Position numbers and translations under genes: made by a program. Source: a virus (Duplodnaviria > Caudoviricetes). Taken from it: a stretch of DNA of 64,000 bases. Below the pieces are notes generated by a model that was not told the DNA's origin, searched no databases, and worked only from the letters and a program-made list of their open reading frames with translations. Below are positions 31,595 through 41,737 of this stretch, piece after piece. Numbering within the stretch: the stretch's first letter is position 1; each line of letters starts with the position of its first letter. The stretch covers positions 32,001 to 96,000 of the IMG/VR virus record IMGVR_UViG_3300031867_000018. One strand, written 5' to 3'.

Positions 31595-32728
31595 TTATGA
31601 TATATGTTTATATTCTTCCTTTGTTTCAAAATCAGAATATTTCAAATCAAAATACTGCACTGCTAATTCTGGCATATCATTTTCGATCTGATTTACATAT
31701 CGTAAATAAGCACATTCTTTAATCGTTCTCTGCTGTAATACATCCACAAATTGTCTTAATGACTTTTTCTTAAAGAAACTCGGACTATTACACCAATTTG
31801 CCAAAAGAATATACATACCTCGATATGGTGATTCTTCATACCTGTTAAATCTCATTATGTACGGCAAACACTGATACTTCATAAGAAGCGCAATTCTTTT
31901 AAATAAATCCCACAAATCTTGTCTCCAAAAATCTAAGTCCCATTTATCGCTTCTATCAAAGCCACAAAACGTATAAAATTTAGGAACTTTATTGGTATAT
32001 TTACGGAGCATTATTAACTTCTTTTCTATAATTTTATAATCTGCAACATTATCAAAAGCGAAAATATAATCCCCGTCATATTTACTTTTGAATAGCAATT
32101 CACATTTTTCGTCTGTTAAAATCCTCTCGTCAAGACCTTGCTTGAATTGAAACGACTTACCTGTTGACTGTAACTCTAACAACATTTCTTTCCAATTATG
32201 ACAGCCTAAAAAATTATCATCCAGTAAACAAATCTTCTTTCTTGTTGGGTCAAGAAATTCAGATAATGAGCTGTGTTGCTCTACCCTTTTATAATTCCTG
32301 TTTACACAGAATTGGCATTGACGAAAACAGCCTCTTGTCATAAAACCTATTGAATAATCAAGATAGTATTTGAAGTCGATTCTTTTGCCGCCGTTGTCAA
32401 GTTTGGATTGTACCCACTCATCGTACAAATGATAATCGGGGAAATGATGTTCAATCTCATATGGAAGTTTCGGAGCTTTATCGTAATAAAACCCCGTTCC
32501 TCCATATTCAACATTTGGCAGAGTCAAGATATTTTCACCTATCGGTGTGTCGGTGAAAACTTTGGAGATAAAAACCTTATCATAGTCTTCGAGATTTTCG
32601 TAATCTGTTTTTAATTCGACTGAATGACCTTTTTCTTTATAGTAGCCCGAAAGTTTCAGGCACACTAAATTAGGAAATCTGTGTTTATTTCTGCCGATTA
32701 AATCAGCGTCTATTATTGCAATTCTCAT
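31595..32728 (-). CDS. Radical SAM protein
   Basis: TRGCFRQCQFC CxxxCxxC, FPNL...LSGYYK N-terminus, LLDDNFL. Confidence 0.85.
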   Translation of the reverse strand: MRIAIIDADLIGRNKHRFPNLVCLKLSGYYKEKGHSVELKTDYENLEDYDKVFISKVFTDTPIGENILTLPNVEYGGTGFYYDKAPKLPYEIEHHFPDYHLYDEWVQSKLDNGGKRIDFKYYLDYSIGFMTRGCFRQCQFCVNRNYKRVEQHSSLSEFLDPTRKKICLLDDNFLGCHNWKEMLLELQSTGKSFQFKQGLDERILTDEKCELLFKSKYDGDYIFAFDNVADYKIIEKKLIMLRKYTNKVPKFYTFCGFDRSDKWDLDFWRQDLWDLFKRIALLMKYQCLPYIMRFNRYEESPYRGMYILLANWCNSPSFFKKKSLRQFVDVLQQRTIKECAYLRYVNQIENDMPELAVQYFDLKYSDFETKEEYKHIS

Positions 32729-32825
32729 TCGCACCTGCCTTTTCTGCATTCCGATAAAATTCGCCTTTTATTTACTTTTTTAGGTCTTGAAACCCACTGT
32801 TTAAGCCACTTTCAGGTTTTGCATT

Positions 32826-33434
32826 TTAGCAATTCGCAATACTTTCAGTCTCTTTTCTCAAAATTTCTATTATTAGTCCAATTTCATTCTTTGAAAAGTA
32901 TGTAATGCCATGTTTTTCTTTAAATTTGTCAGCACGCTTGGCAGGGTTCCTTACCTCTGGAAAGTGACTTAATAAATCAATCATTTGTTTTCGGGTAAAG
33001 ATTGAATCTTTAAATCTCAATAAAAACATAGTTAAGTTTAAATAATTTCGTTCTTTTGCGGGTTTCTGAATATCGTTCTTATAAAGTAGTTCAAGGTGCT
33101 TGTTCTGCTCTATCTGCATATCATCAAAACACGCTTTTGCTCTATCGAGTCGTTTCACCCACTGTTTTAATATGCCAGTATTTAAGGGCATTACATTTTT
33201 AGAATTGTATTGTAAAGGCATATCACACCAAGCGGCTTTGGCAACAATATTAGTTAGTTTATGCTCTTTGGCTAAACAAAGCTGAAACATTCTGTTTAGT
33301 TTGAGAATATCATCAGGATTTATTAAATCGTGTTTTACTAATATATCATTTGTTTGATTTGCAAATTTTGAATATCCCAAAATAGTATTGCTACGTTTAT
33401 ACATTTGAATACTTCTCCCTGTTTGTAGTGTCAA
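32826..33434 (-). CDS. Hypothetical protein
   Basis: ORF coupled to neighbour by ATGA-type overlap. Confidence 0.5.
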   Translation of the reverse strand: MTLQTGRSIQMYKRSNTILGYSKFANQTNDILVKHDLINPDDILKLNRMFQLCLAKEHKLTNIVAKAAWCDMPLQYNSKNVMPLNTGILKQWVKRLDRAKACFDDMQIEQNKHLELLYKNDIQKPAKERNYLNLTMFLLRFKDSIFTRKQMIDLLSHFPEVRNPAKRADKFKEKHGITYFSKNEIGLIIEILRKETESIANC

Positions 33435-33871
33435 TCTTCGTACTCAACAAAGTGATTTTTGAATACACAACGACCAACTGAATCAGTTTCTCCATTGGTA
33501 AAAGCAGATGTCAATAGCTTAATCATATTGGCAACTTCTAACTGGCTAAATACTGCAATCCTCACTTCGTCTAATGGAAAATTGTCAAAAAAGGAATCTT
33601 GATATGTGTGATAAGTTGTTCTTTCTTTTTCTCTGTTAAGACTATGCCCGTATTTAGTTCTTACGTCTGGAAAAATATTCATCGCACAAAATCCGCCCAT
33701 TTCAGTAGGGTCTTCAACTCTGATATATAACCCCCCTTCAAATTCAGGTCGATATTCAACCTCTTCTTTTATGTGTTCATCATATTCAAGATAGTCGCTA
33801 TCTTCGGCAATCTTACAGAATACTGTTCCCATTGGTACGTTTCTTAATTCATCTCTTGTTATTATTTTCAT
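33431..33871 (-). CDS. Hypothetical phage protein
   Basis: MKIITRDEL start after GGAGG RBS. Confidence 0.55.
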   Translation of the reverse strand: MKIITRDELRNVPMGTVFCKIAEDSDYLEYDEHIKEEVEYRPEFEGGLYIRVEDPTEMGGFCAMNIFPDVRTKYGHSLNREKERTTYHTYQDSFFDNFPLDEVRIAVFSQLEVANMIKLLTSAFTNGETDSVGRCVFKNHFVEYED

Positions 33872-33872
33872 T

Positions 33873-34604
33873 TTATACCTCCGTTTTATAATTGCATTTA
33901 TGTACAAAAAGTTTCTCAACAACCTTAAATTGATTATTTTTGTTTCTGTCAAGCGTTCTTGTAAATGGTTTTTCCCAAATTGCAACAAAATCATCGGGAG
34001 CTTCAAGCTCGGAAATAAACATTTGATGTTTTTGACTTGTCTGTCTTGCGTACTCCCAAAATTCTTCGCTGTTAAATTTGGCTGTTGTATAACCTGTCGT
34101 GTTGTTGTATGGTGGGTCTGCATATATCACGCAATTTTCGGGTAATCCTACATCTCTATAGTCTTTACAGATAAATTCAGCATGCGACATTTTAGATAGT
34201 ATCTTTAAGGTGCTGTTTTTGCTTTCTTGATAATGACTTCTTTCACTGCCGTCATATTTTTTGCTATGTCCATACCCGCCAAACCATTTACCTCCAAAAG
34301 AACAAGCAAATCCAACAAAACCTGTCAATACTGGATCGTCATCTTTATGGTTTTTAATATACTTATATTCTTCTTCTGAAAAATCAGTAGGGAGTTTATA
34401 TCCGTGCTGTATTCCGTTTAATGCTTGTATTAAATAATAGTGATTATCATTACATATAACCCTATCAAATTTTGGGGCTAATTCACTTTCGACTGAGCAA
34501 GCCCCACAGAACAAACTTACGAAAGTCGTATTACTCTCTCTCTCTCTCTCGATTGCTTGCGCAATCGACTTCGCTATTCTGCTCTTTCCTCCTTGGAATC
34601 GGAT
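33873..34604 (-). CDS. Dam/D12-class N6-adenine methyltransferase; ATC start; in-frame (GA)8 repeat
   Basis: (M)RFQGGKSRIAK, SLFCGACSVE, SFGGKWFGGY, IYADPPY; GAGGTG RBS; in-frame TGA just upstream rules out a canonical start. Confidence 0.85.
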   Translation of the reverse strand: MRFQGGKSRIAKSIAQAIERERESNTTFVSLFCGACSVESELAPKFDRVICNDNHYYLIQALNGIQHGYKLPTDFSEEEYKYIKNHKDDDPVLTGFVGFACSFGGKWFGGYGHSKKYDGSERSHYQESKNSTLKILSKMSHAEFICKDYRDVGLPENCVIYADPPYNNTTGYTTAKFNSEEFWEYARQTSQKHQMFISELEAPDDFVAIWEKPFTRTLDRNKNNQFKVVEKLFVHKCNYKTEV

Positions 34605-34656
34605 AAGACATCACCTCTTATTTATATTGTGTATATGATTTCATTGTGTACCTCCG

Positions 34657-37600
34657 TTATCCTATAATGGTATAATCCCACAAATACCAATAACCTTTGT
34701 TGTTTTTATTAAGCTGTGCTGCATAAATAATATCAAGTTTATTTATTGGTTTTGCGTTGTAAATAAATGATTTGACGGTGAGTGCAGCAGTCTTTCCTGA
34801 CCCAACGGATTTGGTTTGTATTCGATATGCCCACGGTTCCGATGAATCTTTGCTTTTCAGCGGGAAAACATTAATTATTATCAGCTTACGAATATCTTCT
34901 TTTTTATTGGTTGTGAGATTTATAAAACCCAACATTTCCTGCTGATATTTTATTCTCTCTTTGAATGGGATTGCAGGATATTCTTTTGCTTTTACATTTG
35001 ATTCAAGTGCTTTTATCAAGCCGTCCATATCGGCTATTTTATAGTTTGTTCCTTCGCTGCCGTCTTTGTTTTTGTCGGTGGCGTAAAGTTTTAATATCGG
35101 TTCAATCTTCAATTTTTGAGCTTTATCTTTTTTTATTTGTTTAGCTTTACCAAACTTTACAATTTCGTAAGCGTTAAGCATATGAATCAATTCGTTGGAG
35201 TTTCCAAAATCCGAGAAAAAGTCAAATTTAGTAAGTATTTCGGTTTGCTTTTTACTGACACCTTGATCTAAGAGACTTGTTACAAGTTTGTAGAAATTAT
35301 CAAAATGGCGGTTTCTTATGTTATATAAAACATCTCCCATTTGCCTGTTACAATCCTTAATTAACGGTATTCCATATAATATTGCGCCGTTATCTACCGT
35401 ACATTTTCTATGGTCTTGCTTGTAATCAAACGCTTTTATCGGTATATTGTGATTATCTGCATCACCAAGTATTTCTGCGGCGTGTTCTGCCACAAAATCA
35501 CTTTTACCCAAAAACGAATTACATAGTCCCGCATAAAATTCGGCAGGATAATATGCTTTTTGTTTAGCAGTCATATAAGAAATGATGCCGTAAGCAGAAG
35601 AGTGAGAATTAGATACGACTATTCCGTTATTAGCAAGAAAATTATGTGCAGGATCGGACATTGCAATGTCGTATGTCATTTCTTCCCGCATAGGTGTAAT
35701 AGACTTGATTGTATCTATTTCAGTCGGAATACCGTTTTCATACGCTTTTGTTCTGCCTGCAATATACACTTGGTCTCCCACGTTTAAATCCGAAAGCATT
35801 TTATACCCCTTTGGAGTGGGAAATTTATGATTATCCGTACATTCGATCCACTTGCCTGTCGCTGTAACAAGTTTATATACAGTTCTTATACCCGCTTGCT
35901 GAATATCGACAATGTAGTTTTTACGAATACAACCATCCGAAAACATTGATAAGGCGTTACCGTAACCGTTTCTTAAAAATTTAGACCGTAAAGGAACATA
36001 GTTGTTTTTCTTAGCGTACTCTACATCGTTCATTATCAAGTACATTTCTTCTACTGTGGGATGTCTCTTATTTTTTGTTTGCCCTACTCGCATAAGTTTT
36101 GTTGAACCAGCAACACATTTATTGAAACTATAGGAAGCAAAAGCTATCATATCGCTCCATAGTTTTGAAAACTGTTCATCAGTCCAGCCTCTTTTTTTGA
36201 GTTTTTCTTCAAGTTCGGGTTTGACTTGATTAAGCAGCTTAGGATTTTTCTTGCCTGTCGCTTTTCTTAAAAGGTCGGGATTATGTAGCCCTGCAAGCCT
36301 GCCAATTTCTATAAGCTGTTCCTGAAAGACAATAATGCCGTATGTTGCTTTTAATATCGGCTCTAAATCGGGATGCAGATATTCAAATTGTTCTTCGCCA
36401 TTTCTTCGTTTGCAAAAGTTATCTATATACGCCAATGCACCGGGTCGGAAAAGAGCATTTGCGATAGATATATCTTCAATACCCGATACATTCATTTTTT
36501 TAAGAGTCTGCTTCATACCGCTTGAAGCCATCTGAAATATACCCACTGTATCACCGTTTCTAAAAACATCAAGAACTTTTGGGTCTGTATAGTCTTGTTT
36601 TGGGTTTAAAAAATCCTTGGATTCGTGTGACATTTGAAGAGTATCAAACTCTTGGTCTATGGTTCTGAGTCCAAGTAAGTCGATTTTTACAAGTCCGACA
36701 TCTTCAACATCGTGCATATCGCCCTGTAAATATCTGATTCCAGATTCGTCATAATTTGAGGGTAAAAATTCATCTAATTCTCTTGTTGATATGATTTTGC
36801 CGCAACTATGAAGTCCAAAAGATTTAGGCAATCCGTTTAATTTGCGGACATAATCAAACAACTCTTCATAGGTTTGGACATAATATATCGCTTCGTCTGC
36901 TGCTTTTTCTCGTGGTATATCACCGTTAAGCATATTATCAATATCGGATAATTCATACTCACCAAATGATTTTGCGATTCTGTCTGCGGTTTGCAAGTCT
37001 ATATCCAATACCTTGCACATATCACGAATAGTACCTTTAGTTTGGTTTGTGCCGAATTTACCGATAGACGCAACCTTGTCTTCTCCGTACTTATTGTAAA
37101 GATATTGCAAGACTTGTTCACAGCAATCTCCACTGAAGTCAAGATCAATATCCGGAACTTTAAGTTCTTTTGCGGTAATTTCTCCCGATTTTAACAAGTC
37201 AAGTGCCGCCACATCAATAAATCGTTCAAAATACAAACCGTGTTCTATGGGGTCAATGTCGGTAATATTTGTGACATAGTTGATAATGGAACCACCGCCC
37301 GAGCCTCTTGCTATGCCTCGCCTATCTGCTACATTTGCATAAGAATATACAAGCAGGATATAGTCTATAAAGCCCATTTCATCAAGAGCATTTAATTCGT
37401 ATAGGTATCTGTCTATATAAGTATTTATTGTTTCGGGAGAAAGAAAACTCTCTTCATACCCCAAAAATTCTCCTGTTTCGGGGTTGGTTATTTTACTGAA
37501 TATCTTACGTTCAGGGTCTTGTAAAGTTCTATCTTTTACATTAATGTTTAGTTTTGTTTTAAACCCTTCTTCACAAAGATATTCAAGCCATTCTCTGTTT

Positions 37601-38469
37601 GTTTTAAACTGTGGCGGAGTATCTACCTTTGGCATAATCGGAGCAGACAGTGGCATTTCAACATTACATTTATCTGCGATGATATGAGTATTATTTATGA
37701 CTGTATTGATAAAAGTATCGTCAAAATAGTCAAGATTTTCTCTGACCTCCTGTTCAGACTGCACATAACAATCCTTATAGGATTCGCCTTGTTCTTTATA
37801 AGCTCCGTTAAATGCGTATTTACTTTGATATTTAGCATCGTTTTTATAAAGATAATGCGCATCCGTAGTAACTACGCACGGAATACCAAGTTTTTCAGCT
37901 ATCTGTTTGATTTTCTTATTGACCTCTATTTGAGTTTCTTCACGTCTTGCTTGAATTTCAAGGTAATAATCTTCTCCGAAACGATATTTGTATTTGTTGG
38001 CTATTGCCATTGCTTTTTCAGCGTCCTGCTGCATTATTGCCCTGCTGACTTCTCCCGCAAGACAAGCACTTGTTATAATCAGTCCGTCTCCGTATGTTGA
38101 AAGCATATCAAAGTCGATCCTTGGTTTTTTATATTTGTTTTCGGGTCTGCCCGACAGGGATATAAGTTTATTTAAGTTAAGCCTGCCGGTTTCGTTTTTG
38201 CATAAGGCTATAAGATGATAATATTTATTGTCCTTATCTTTTATTTTTACATCATCACAAATATAAAATTCGCAGCCGTGGATATATTTAATATTATTGT
38301 TTTTTAGCAGTTTGTAGATACTGACACCACCGAGGGAATTGCCGTGGTCAGTAATAGCCACGGCATTCTGATTTAATTCCTTTAAGCGTTCAGCAAGTTC
38401 TTCAGGACGAATAATACTGTCCCTTAATGAAAACATAGAGTGTAAATGTAAATGTATTATTTGGATCAC
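34657..38469 (-). CDS. dnaE: DNA polymerase III alpha subunit with intein
   Basis: PHP motifs HLHLHS/AITDHG/TTDAH, RGSGGGS, FERFI, PDIDLD, KIDLLGL. Confidence 0.95.
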   Translation of the reverse strand: MIQIIHLHLHSMFSLRDSIIRPEELAERLKELNQNAVAITDHGNSLGGVSIYKLLKNNNIKYIHGCEFYICDDVKIKDKDNKYYHLIALCKNETGRLNLNKLISLSGRPENKYKKPRIDFDMLSTYGDGLIITSACLAGEVSRAIMQQDAEKAMAIANKYKYRFGEDYYLEIQARREETQIEVNKKIKQIAEKLGIPCVVTTDAHYLYKNDAKYQSKYAFNGAYKEQGESYKDCYVQSEQEVRENLDYFDDTFINTVINNTHIIADKCNVEMPLSAPIMPKVDTPPQFKTNREWLEYLCEEGFKTKLNINVKDRTLQDPERKIFSKITNPETGEFLGYEESFLSPETINTYIDRYLYELNALDEMGFIDYILLVYSYANVADRRGIARGSGGGSIINYVTNITDIDPIEHGLYFERFIDVAALDLLKSGEITAKELKVPDIDLDFSGDCCEQVLQYLYNKYGEDKVASIGKFGTNQTKGTIRDMCKVLDIDLQTADRIAKSFGEYELSDIDNMLNGDIPREKAADEAIYYVQTYEELFDYVRKLNGLPKSFGLHSCGKIISTRELDEFLPSNYDESGIRYLQGDMHDVEDVGLVKIDLLGLRTIDQEFDTLQMSHESKDFLNPKQDYTDPKVLDVFRNGDTVGIFQMASSGMKQTLKKMNVSGIEDISIANALFRPGALAYIDNFCKRRNGEEQFEYLHPDLEPILKATYGIIVFQEQLIEIGRLAGLHNPDLLRKATGKKNPKLLNQVKPELEEKLKKRGWTDEQFSKLWSDMIAFASYSFNKCVAGSTKLMRVGQTKNKRHPTVEEMYLIMNDVEYAKKNNYVPLRSKFLRNGYGNALSMFSDGCIRKNYIVDIQQAGIRTVYKLVTATGKWIECTDNHKFPTPKGYKMLSDLNVGDQVYIAGRTKAYENGIPTEIDTIKSITPMREEMTYDIAMSDPAHNFLANNGIVVSNSHSSAYGIISYMTAKQKAYYPAEFYAGLCNSFLGKSDFVAEHAAEILGDADNHNIPIKAFDYKQDHRKCTVDNGAILYGIPLIKDCNRQMGDVLYNIRNRHFDNFYKLVTSLLDQGVSKKQTEILTKFDFFSDFGNSNELIHMLNAYEIVKFGKAKQIKKDKAQKLKIEPILKLYATDKNKDGSEGTNYKIADMDGLIKALESNVKAKEYPAIPFKERIKYQQEMLGFINLTTNKKEDIRKLIIINVFPLKSKDSSEPWAYRIQTKSVGSGKTAALTVKSFIYNAKPINKLDIIYAAQLNKNNKGYWYLWDYTIIG
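35608..36117 (-). mobile_element. 170-aa mini-intein in DnaE
   Basis: FNK|CVAGST...CTDNHKF...TYDI..HNFLANNGIVVSN|SHS; no endonuclease domain. Confidence 0.9.
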
Positions 38470-40439
38470 CCGCTTACTTTTCCGAAAATTTCTTCTGTCT
38501 CTTTTGAATTTGAGTTATCTGTATATCCGTATTCTTGCGGATAAGGTAATTCATTAGTATATTCTCCGTTATCCCATTTATATTGGAAGTTGTATTCCTC
38601 TTTATTGGTGTAGAAACGCCTTGACGGAACATCATAGTAAAGACCGATAGATAAGTTTTCCCGACCTCTCATTCGGTCTTTCAAAACATCAAGAATAACG
38701 TCATATTTTATAGGTTCTTGCAGCCATCCGTTACCTTTTTGTTTGGGAATACCTTTCTTTTCTTTGGGTGTTACTCTGTAAAGACTAAAAAGACGGTGAG
38801 CCAAGTCAACAATACTACCAAGTCCTGCAACATCGAATTTCTGTAATCTGCGCATTGTCTCAATTTTTTTTGGATGAATAACCAATACGACCACAACATT
38901 ATATTTTTTTGCAAATTCTATCAGATAGTTGACAAAATCGACCTGAACGCCCCACTTATCATTGTCATTACACTTGAAATTGATAGCAGTAAGGTTATCT
39001 ATGATAAATAATTTGCTGCCGTATTTGCGGACACTTGCCTCCATTGATTTTTCTATGTCCTCAATAGTATTTGGGTAGCCGTCCTTATAAATGTAGATAT
39101 GTCCGTTATAGTATTCGTCAATCTTTGATTTAGCGTCATTAGTGACTTTATAATAGACTGCACCTCTGTCTGTGGTATATTCCTTGACGTGTCTGCGCCC
39201 CGCAAAAATGTAGTTTATCCAGTTTTTTGTCATAAAGTTAGGTAATTCTTTGCTGTATTCCCAGACGTCCTTGCCCTGCTCTACAGCTTGGCATATTAGT
39301 TGCGACAAAAAAGAAGATTTGCCCGATCCGTTTACACCCGTAAGAATATTGAAAGTTCCATTATAAAGACGCATAATTTCACGGTCAAATTCTTTAATGC
39401 CTGTATAGATACCGTCAATTTCGGACAAGTCAACTTCTTTTATATCCGAAAAATTTACTACACTATCCACGGGACTATCCTTTGCATGAACTATAATTTC
39501 AAGTACCTTTTCTTTCCCATAAAAGTAAAGCGTTTCGTTTAGGTCGCTTATTTTTCGTTTTGTACCATCGGGCTTTTCGTGAAATTCGGGGACTTGTACT
39601 ACCTTGGTGCGCCAACTGCCTAAACGATAAATACATTCCTTTTGCATTTTAAGCCCGGCTTCGTCATTATCGGAACAGATGATTATACTTTCAAACTGCT
39701 CAAGCCAGTCCCAGTTTTCCTTTATCCAATGAAAATTACCTGCGCCGAGAGGAACACTAACTGTATTTGTATACCCCGATTCTATTGCGGATAGGCAGTC
39801 GATTTCACCTTCACATATTAAAAGTGGCTGCGCTGTGTTTATCCTATTCATATTAAACAGTAGCGGAAATGTGTCGGCATCCTTCTGGCACCAACACTTA
39901 ATCTCGTGCTTTGATTTGTCAATTTTTCTTGCAGGTCTGTACTTAACCATTGTTAAGACATCATTTGTGTCGTAGAAATTAAAAACACAGTTGCCGTTTT
40001 TATCTTCTCGCACATCGGCATAATCTACTGTTTCTTTGGAAATTTTTCTTGCCGACAAATAATTGTAAACTTTTGTCTTGTCCGTTACGGGTTCTTCTTT
40101 TGGGTATCGGTATTCCGATTTGGTTTTTACATTATGTTCTCCGAAACTGTACGGAGTTTTTGTATGTTCAAACAGCTTTGCGACAGCCTGTATATATGTA
40201 AGACCCGACTGCATATACACATCTATGATGTCTACTGTTTTTTGACAGCCAAAACAGTGGAAATTATGTTTCTTTTTGTTATATATAAAACTCGGAGTAT
40301 CTTCTTCGTGGTAGGGACAAAGAGCCTTTAGGTTGCTTTCGTCAAAACCGTCAAGATTTAGTAAATCAGCCATTATATGAGCATTTTCGTCTCCGAGTTT
40401 TTCTTTGGCTGATTGAATTATTTCTTTTTCTATTAGCAA
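38466..40439 (-). CDS. Primase-helicase (CHC2 Zn finger + TOPRIM + DnaB-like helicase)
   Basis: CPYH..CFGC, ICEGEID, DNDEAG, GVNGSGKS, IIDNL, HPKK. Confidence 0.9.
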   Translation of the reverse strand: MLIEKEIIQSAKEKLGDENAHIMADLLNLDGFDESNLKALCPYHEEDTPSFIYNKKKHNFHCFGCQKTVDIIDVYMQSGLTYIQAVAKLFEHTKTPYSFGEHNVKTKSEYRYPKEEPVTDKTKVYNYLSARKISKETVDYADVREDKNGNCVFNFYDTNDVLTMVKYRPARKIDKSKHEIKCWCQKDADTFPLLFNMNRINTAQPLLICEGEIDCLSAIESGYTNTVSVPLGAGNFHWIKENWDWLEQFESIIICSDNDEAGLKMQKECIYRLGSWRTKVVQVPEFHEKPDGTKRKISDLNETLYFYGKEKVLEIIVHAKDSPVDSVVNFSDIKEVDLSEIDGIYTGIKEFDREIMRLYNGTFNILTGVNGSGKSSFLSQLICQAVEQGKDVWEYSKELPNFMTKNWINYIFAGRRHVKEYTTDRGAVYYKVTNDAKSKIDEYYNGHIYIYKDGYPNTIEDIEKSMEASVRKYGSKLFIIDNLTAINFKCNDNDKWGVQVDFVNYLIEFAKKYNVVVVLVIHPKKIETMRRLQKFDVAGLGSIVDLAHRLFSLYRVTPKEKKGIPKQKGNGWLQEPIKYDVILDVLKDRMRGRENLSIGLYYDVPSRRFYTNKEEYNFQYKWDNGEYTNELPYPQEYGYTDNSNSKETEEIFGKVSG

Positions 40440-40457
40440 TTTGTCACCCTCTCTGTT

Positions 40458-41243
40458 TTATGGTTTAAATTCACAGCAGTTATTTCGCTGACTGCACAAA
40501 TAATGACAATAGTAGAAGTCGGGGTTAGGGCTGAATTTTTCTTCGGTACTGATTAAAAACAATGTCTTTTCAGCCCATTTAACAGCTTCTTCGTACTCTT
40601 TTTTATTCCACGGAATTTGATACTCTGTATGGTCTTTAAACAAGTTCCATTTAAGATAATCAACTTGTCCGTATTCTTCGATTATCGGGATAGAGTAAAG
40701 ATATAGCTGTCGTTTGAACTCTAATAGGTGTGCTTCATCAGACTTGCTTACAGAACCGTCTTTTTTAAACTTTAATGAACCACTCTTATGGTCGAGAATT
40801 GTAATTTCGCCTGTTTGTTTGTTACGCAGAAGTAAATCTATATATCCAACAAAATCTTTATCTGCAATCTTGAAATTTATCTTTTTCTCAATACCTAAAA
40901 TCTCATATTGGTCGAGTTTCATATTAAGATTATCAAAATATTCAAGACCTTTATCAAAATATGATTGTCTTATATCGACACTTTTGTTTGGGGGTGCATC
41001 GTGAGGAATTGATGAATTAAACTCTTCTTCATATTTTTGACTGATTTCAAAAATAGATATTTCATTTTTCAAATACCTTTCAAGCAAAGAGTGACATAAA
41101 CTGCCATACTCCGCAAAAAATCCACTCTCTTTTGTTTCGCAGTCAATATAAATTTTCTTCCACTCTCTCGGACAATTATAAAATGAGTTTAGTCTACTAA
41201 AACTCCACTGCATAGTTGAAATAATAAAGTCGTTTTCTGTCAT
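40458..41243 (-). CDS. PD-(D/E)XK exonuclease (RecB/Cas4-like)
   Basis: WSFSRL..CP, GSLCH, GYIDL, DHKS, QLYLY, C-terminal Cys cluster. Confidence 0.85.
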   Translation of the reverse strand: MTENDFIISTMQWSFSRLNSFYNCPREWKKIYIDCETKESGFFAEYGSLCHSLLERYLKNEISIFEISQKYEEEFNSSIPHDAPPNKSVDIRQSYFDKGLEYFDNLNMKLDQYEILGIEKKINFKIADKDFVGYIDLLLRNKQTGEITILDHKSGSLKFKKDGSVSKSDEAHLLEFKRQLYLYSIPIIEEYGQVDYLKWNLFKDHTEYQIPWNKKEYEEAVKWAEKTLFLISTEEKFSPNPDFYYCHYLCSQRNNCCEFKP

Positions 41244-41301
41244 TTTTATCTCCTCTATGTTATTAAAGGGCTTGACCGATAAGCCAAGCCCGACAAATCA
41301 T

Positions 41302-41721
41302 TTAAAATGGAAAGTCTTCTTCGTCAATGTCTTCGGCAGGAGCTGAATAACCGCCCTGATTTTCTGTTGGTTTTACAGCAGCTGTTGTGCCATTTCCTTC
41401 GGATTTCTTGTCACAAAAATCAAAACTGTCAACAATAACATCGGTGCTGTAACGCTTCTGACCGTTATTATCTTCCCAAGTGCTGACCTGTAATTTGCCC
41501 GACACAGCTATTTTTCTACCCTTAGTAAAGAATTTACCAATGTTTTCACCTGTCTTGCCGAATGCTATGCAATTTATAAAATCAGCTTCAGGCTGTCCTT
41601 CTCTTTTATAATCACGCTGAACCGCAATAGAAAAACGCGCAATAGCCATAGCATTTTCGCCTGTTGTATATTTAATTTCGGGATCTCTTGTTAAATTACC
41701 CAGTAAAATCACTTTATTCAT
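41302..41721 (-). CDS. ssb: Single-stranded DNA-binding protein
   Basis: MNKVILLGNLTRDPE...DFPF acidic tail. Confidence 0.95.
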   Translation of the reverse strand: MNKVILLGNLTRDPEIKYTTGENAMAIARFSIAVQRDYKREGQPEADFINCIAFGKTGENIGKFFTKGRKIAVSGKLQVSTWEDNNGQKRYSTDVIVDSFDFCDKKSEGNGTTAAVKPTENQGGYSAPAEDIDEEDFPF

Positions 41722-41737
41722 ATTTTAATATCCTTTC

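Noticed and set aside
17277-32815. TGAAAGTGGCTT...GGGTTT motif shared by attP (17277) and ~32790-32814
   Set aside because: Only two copies seen; not enough to assign a function.
40458-41243. Cas4 belonging to the CRISPR array
   Set aside because: It lies in the standard Sak4-SSB-exonuclease-primase module, 3 kb from the array, with no cas1/cas2.
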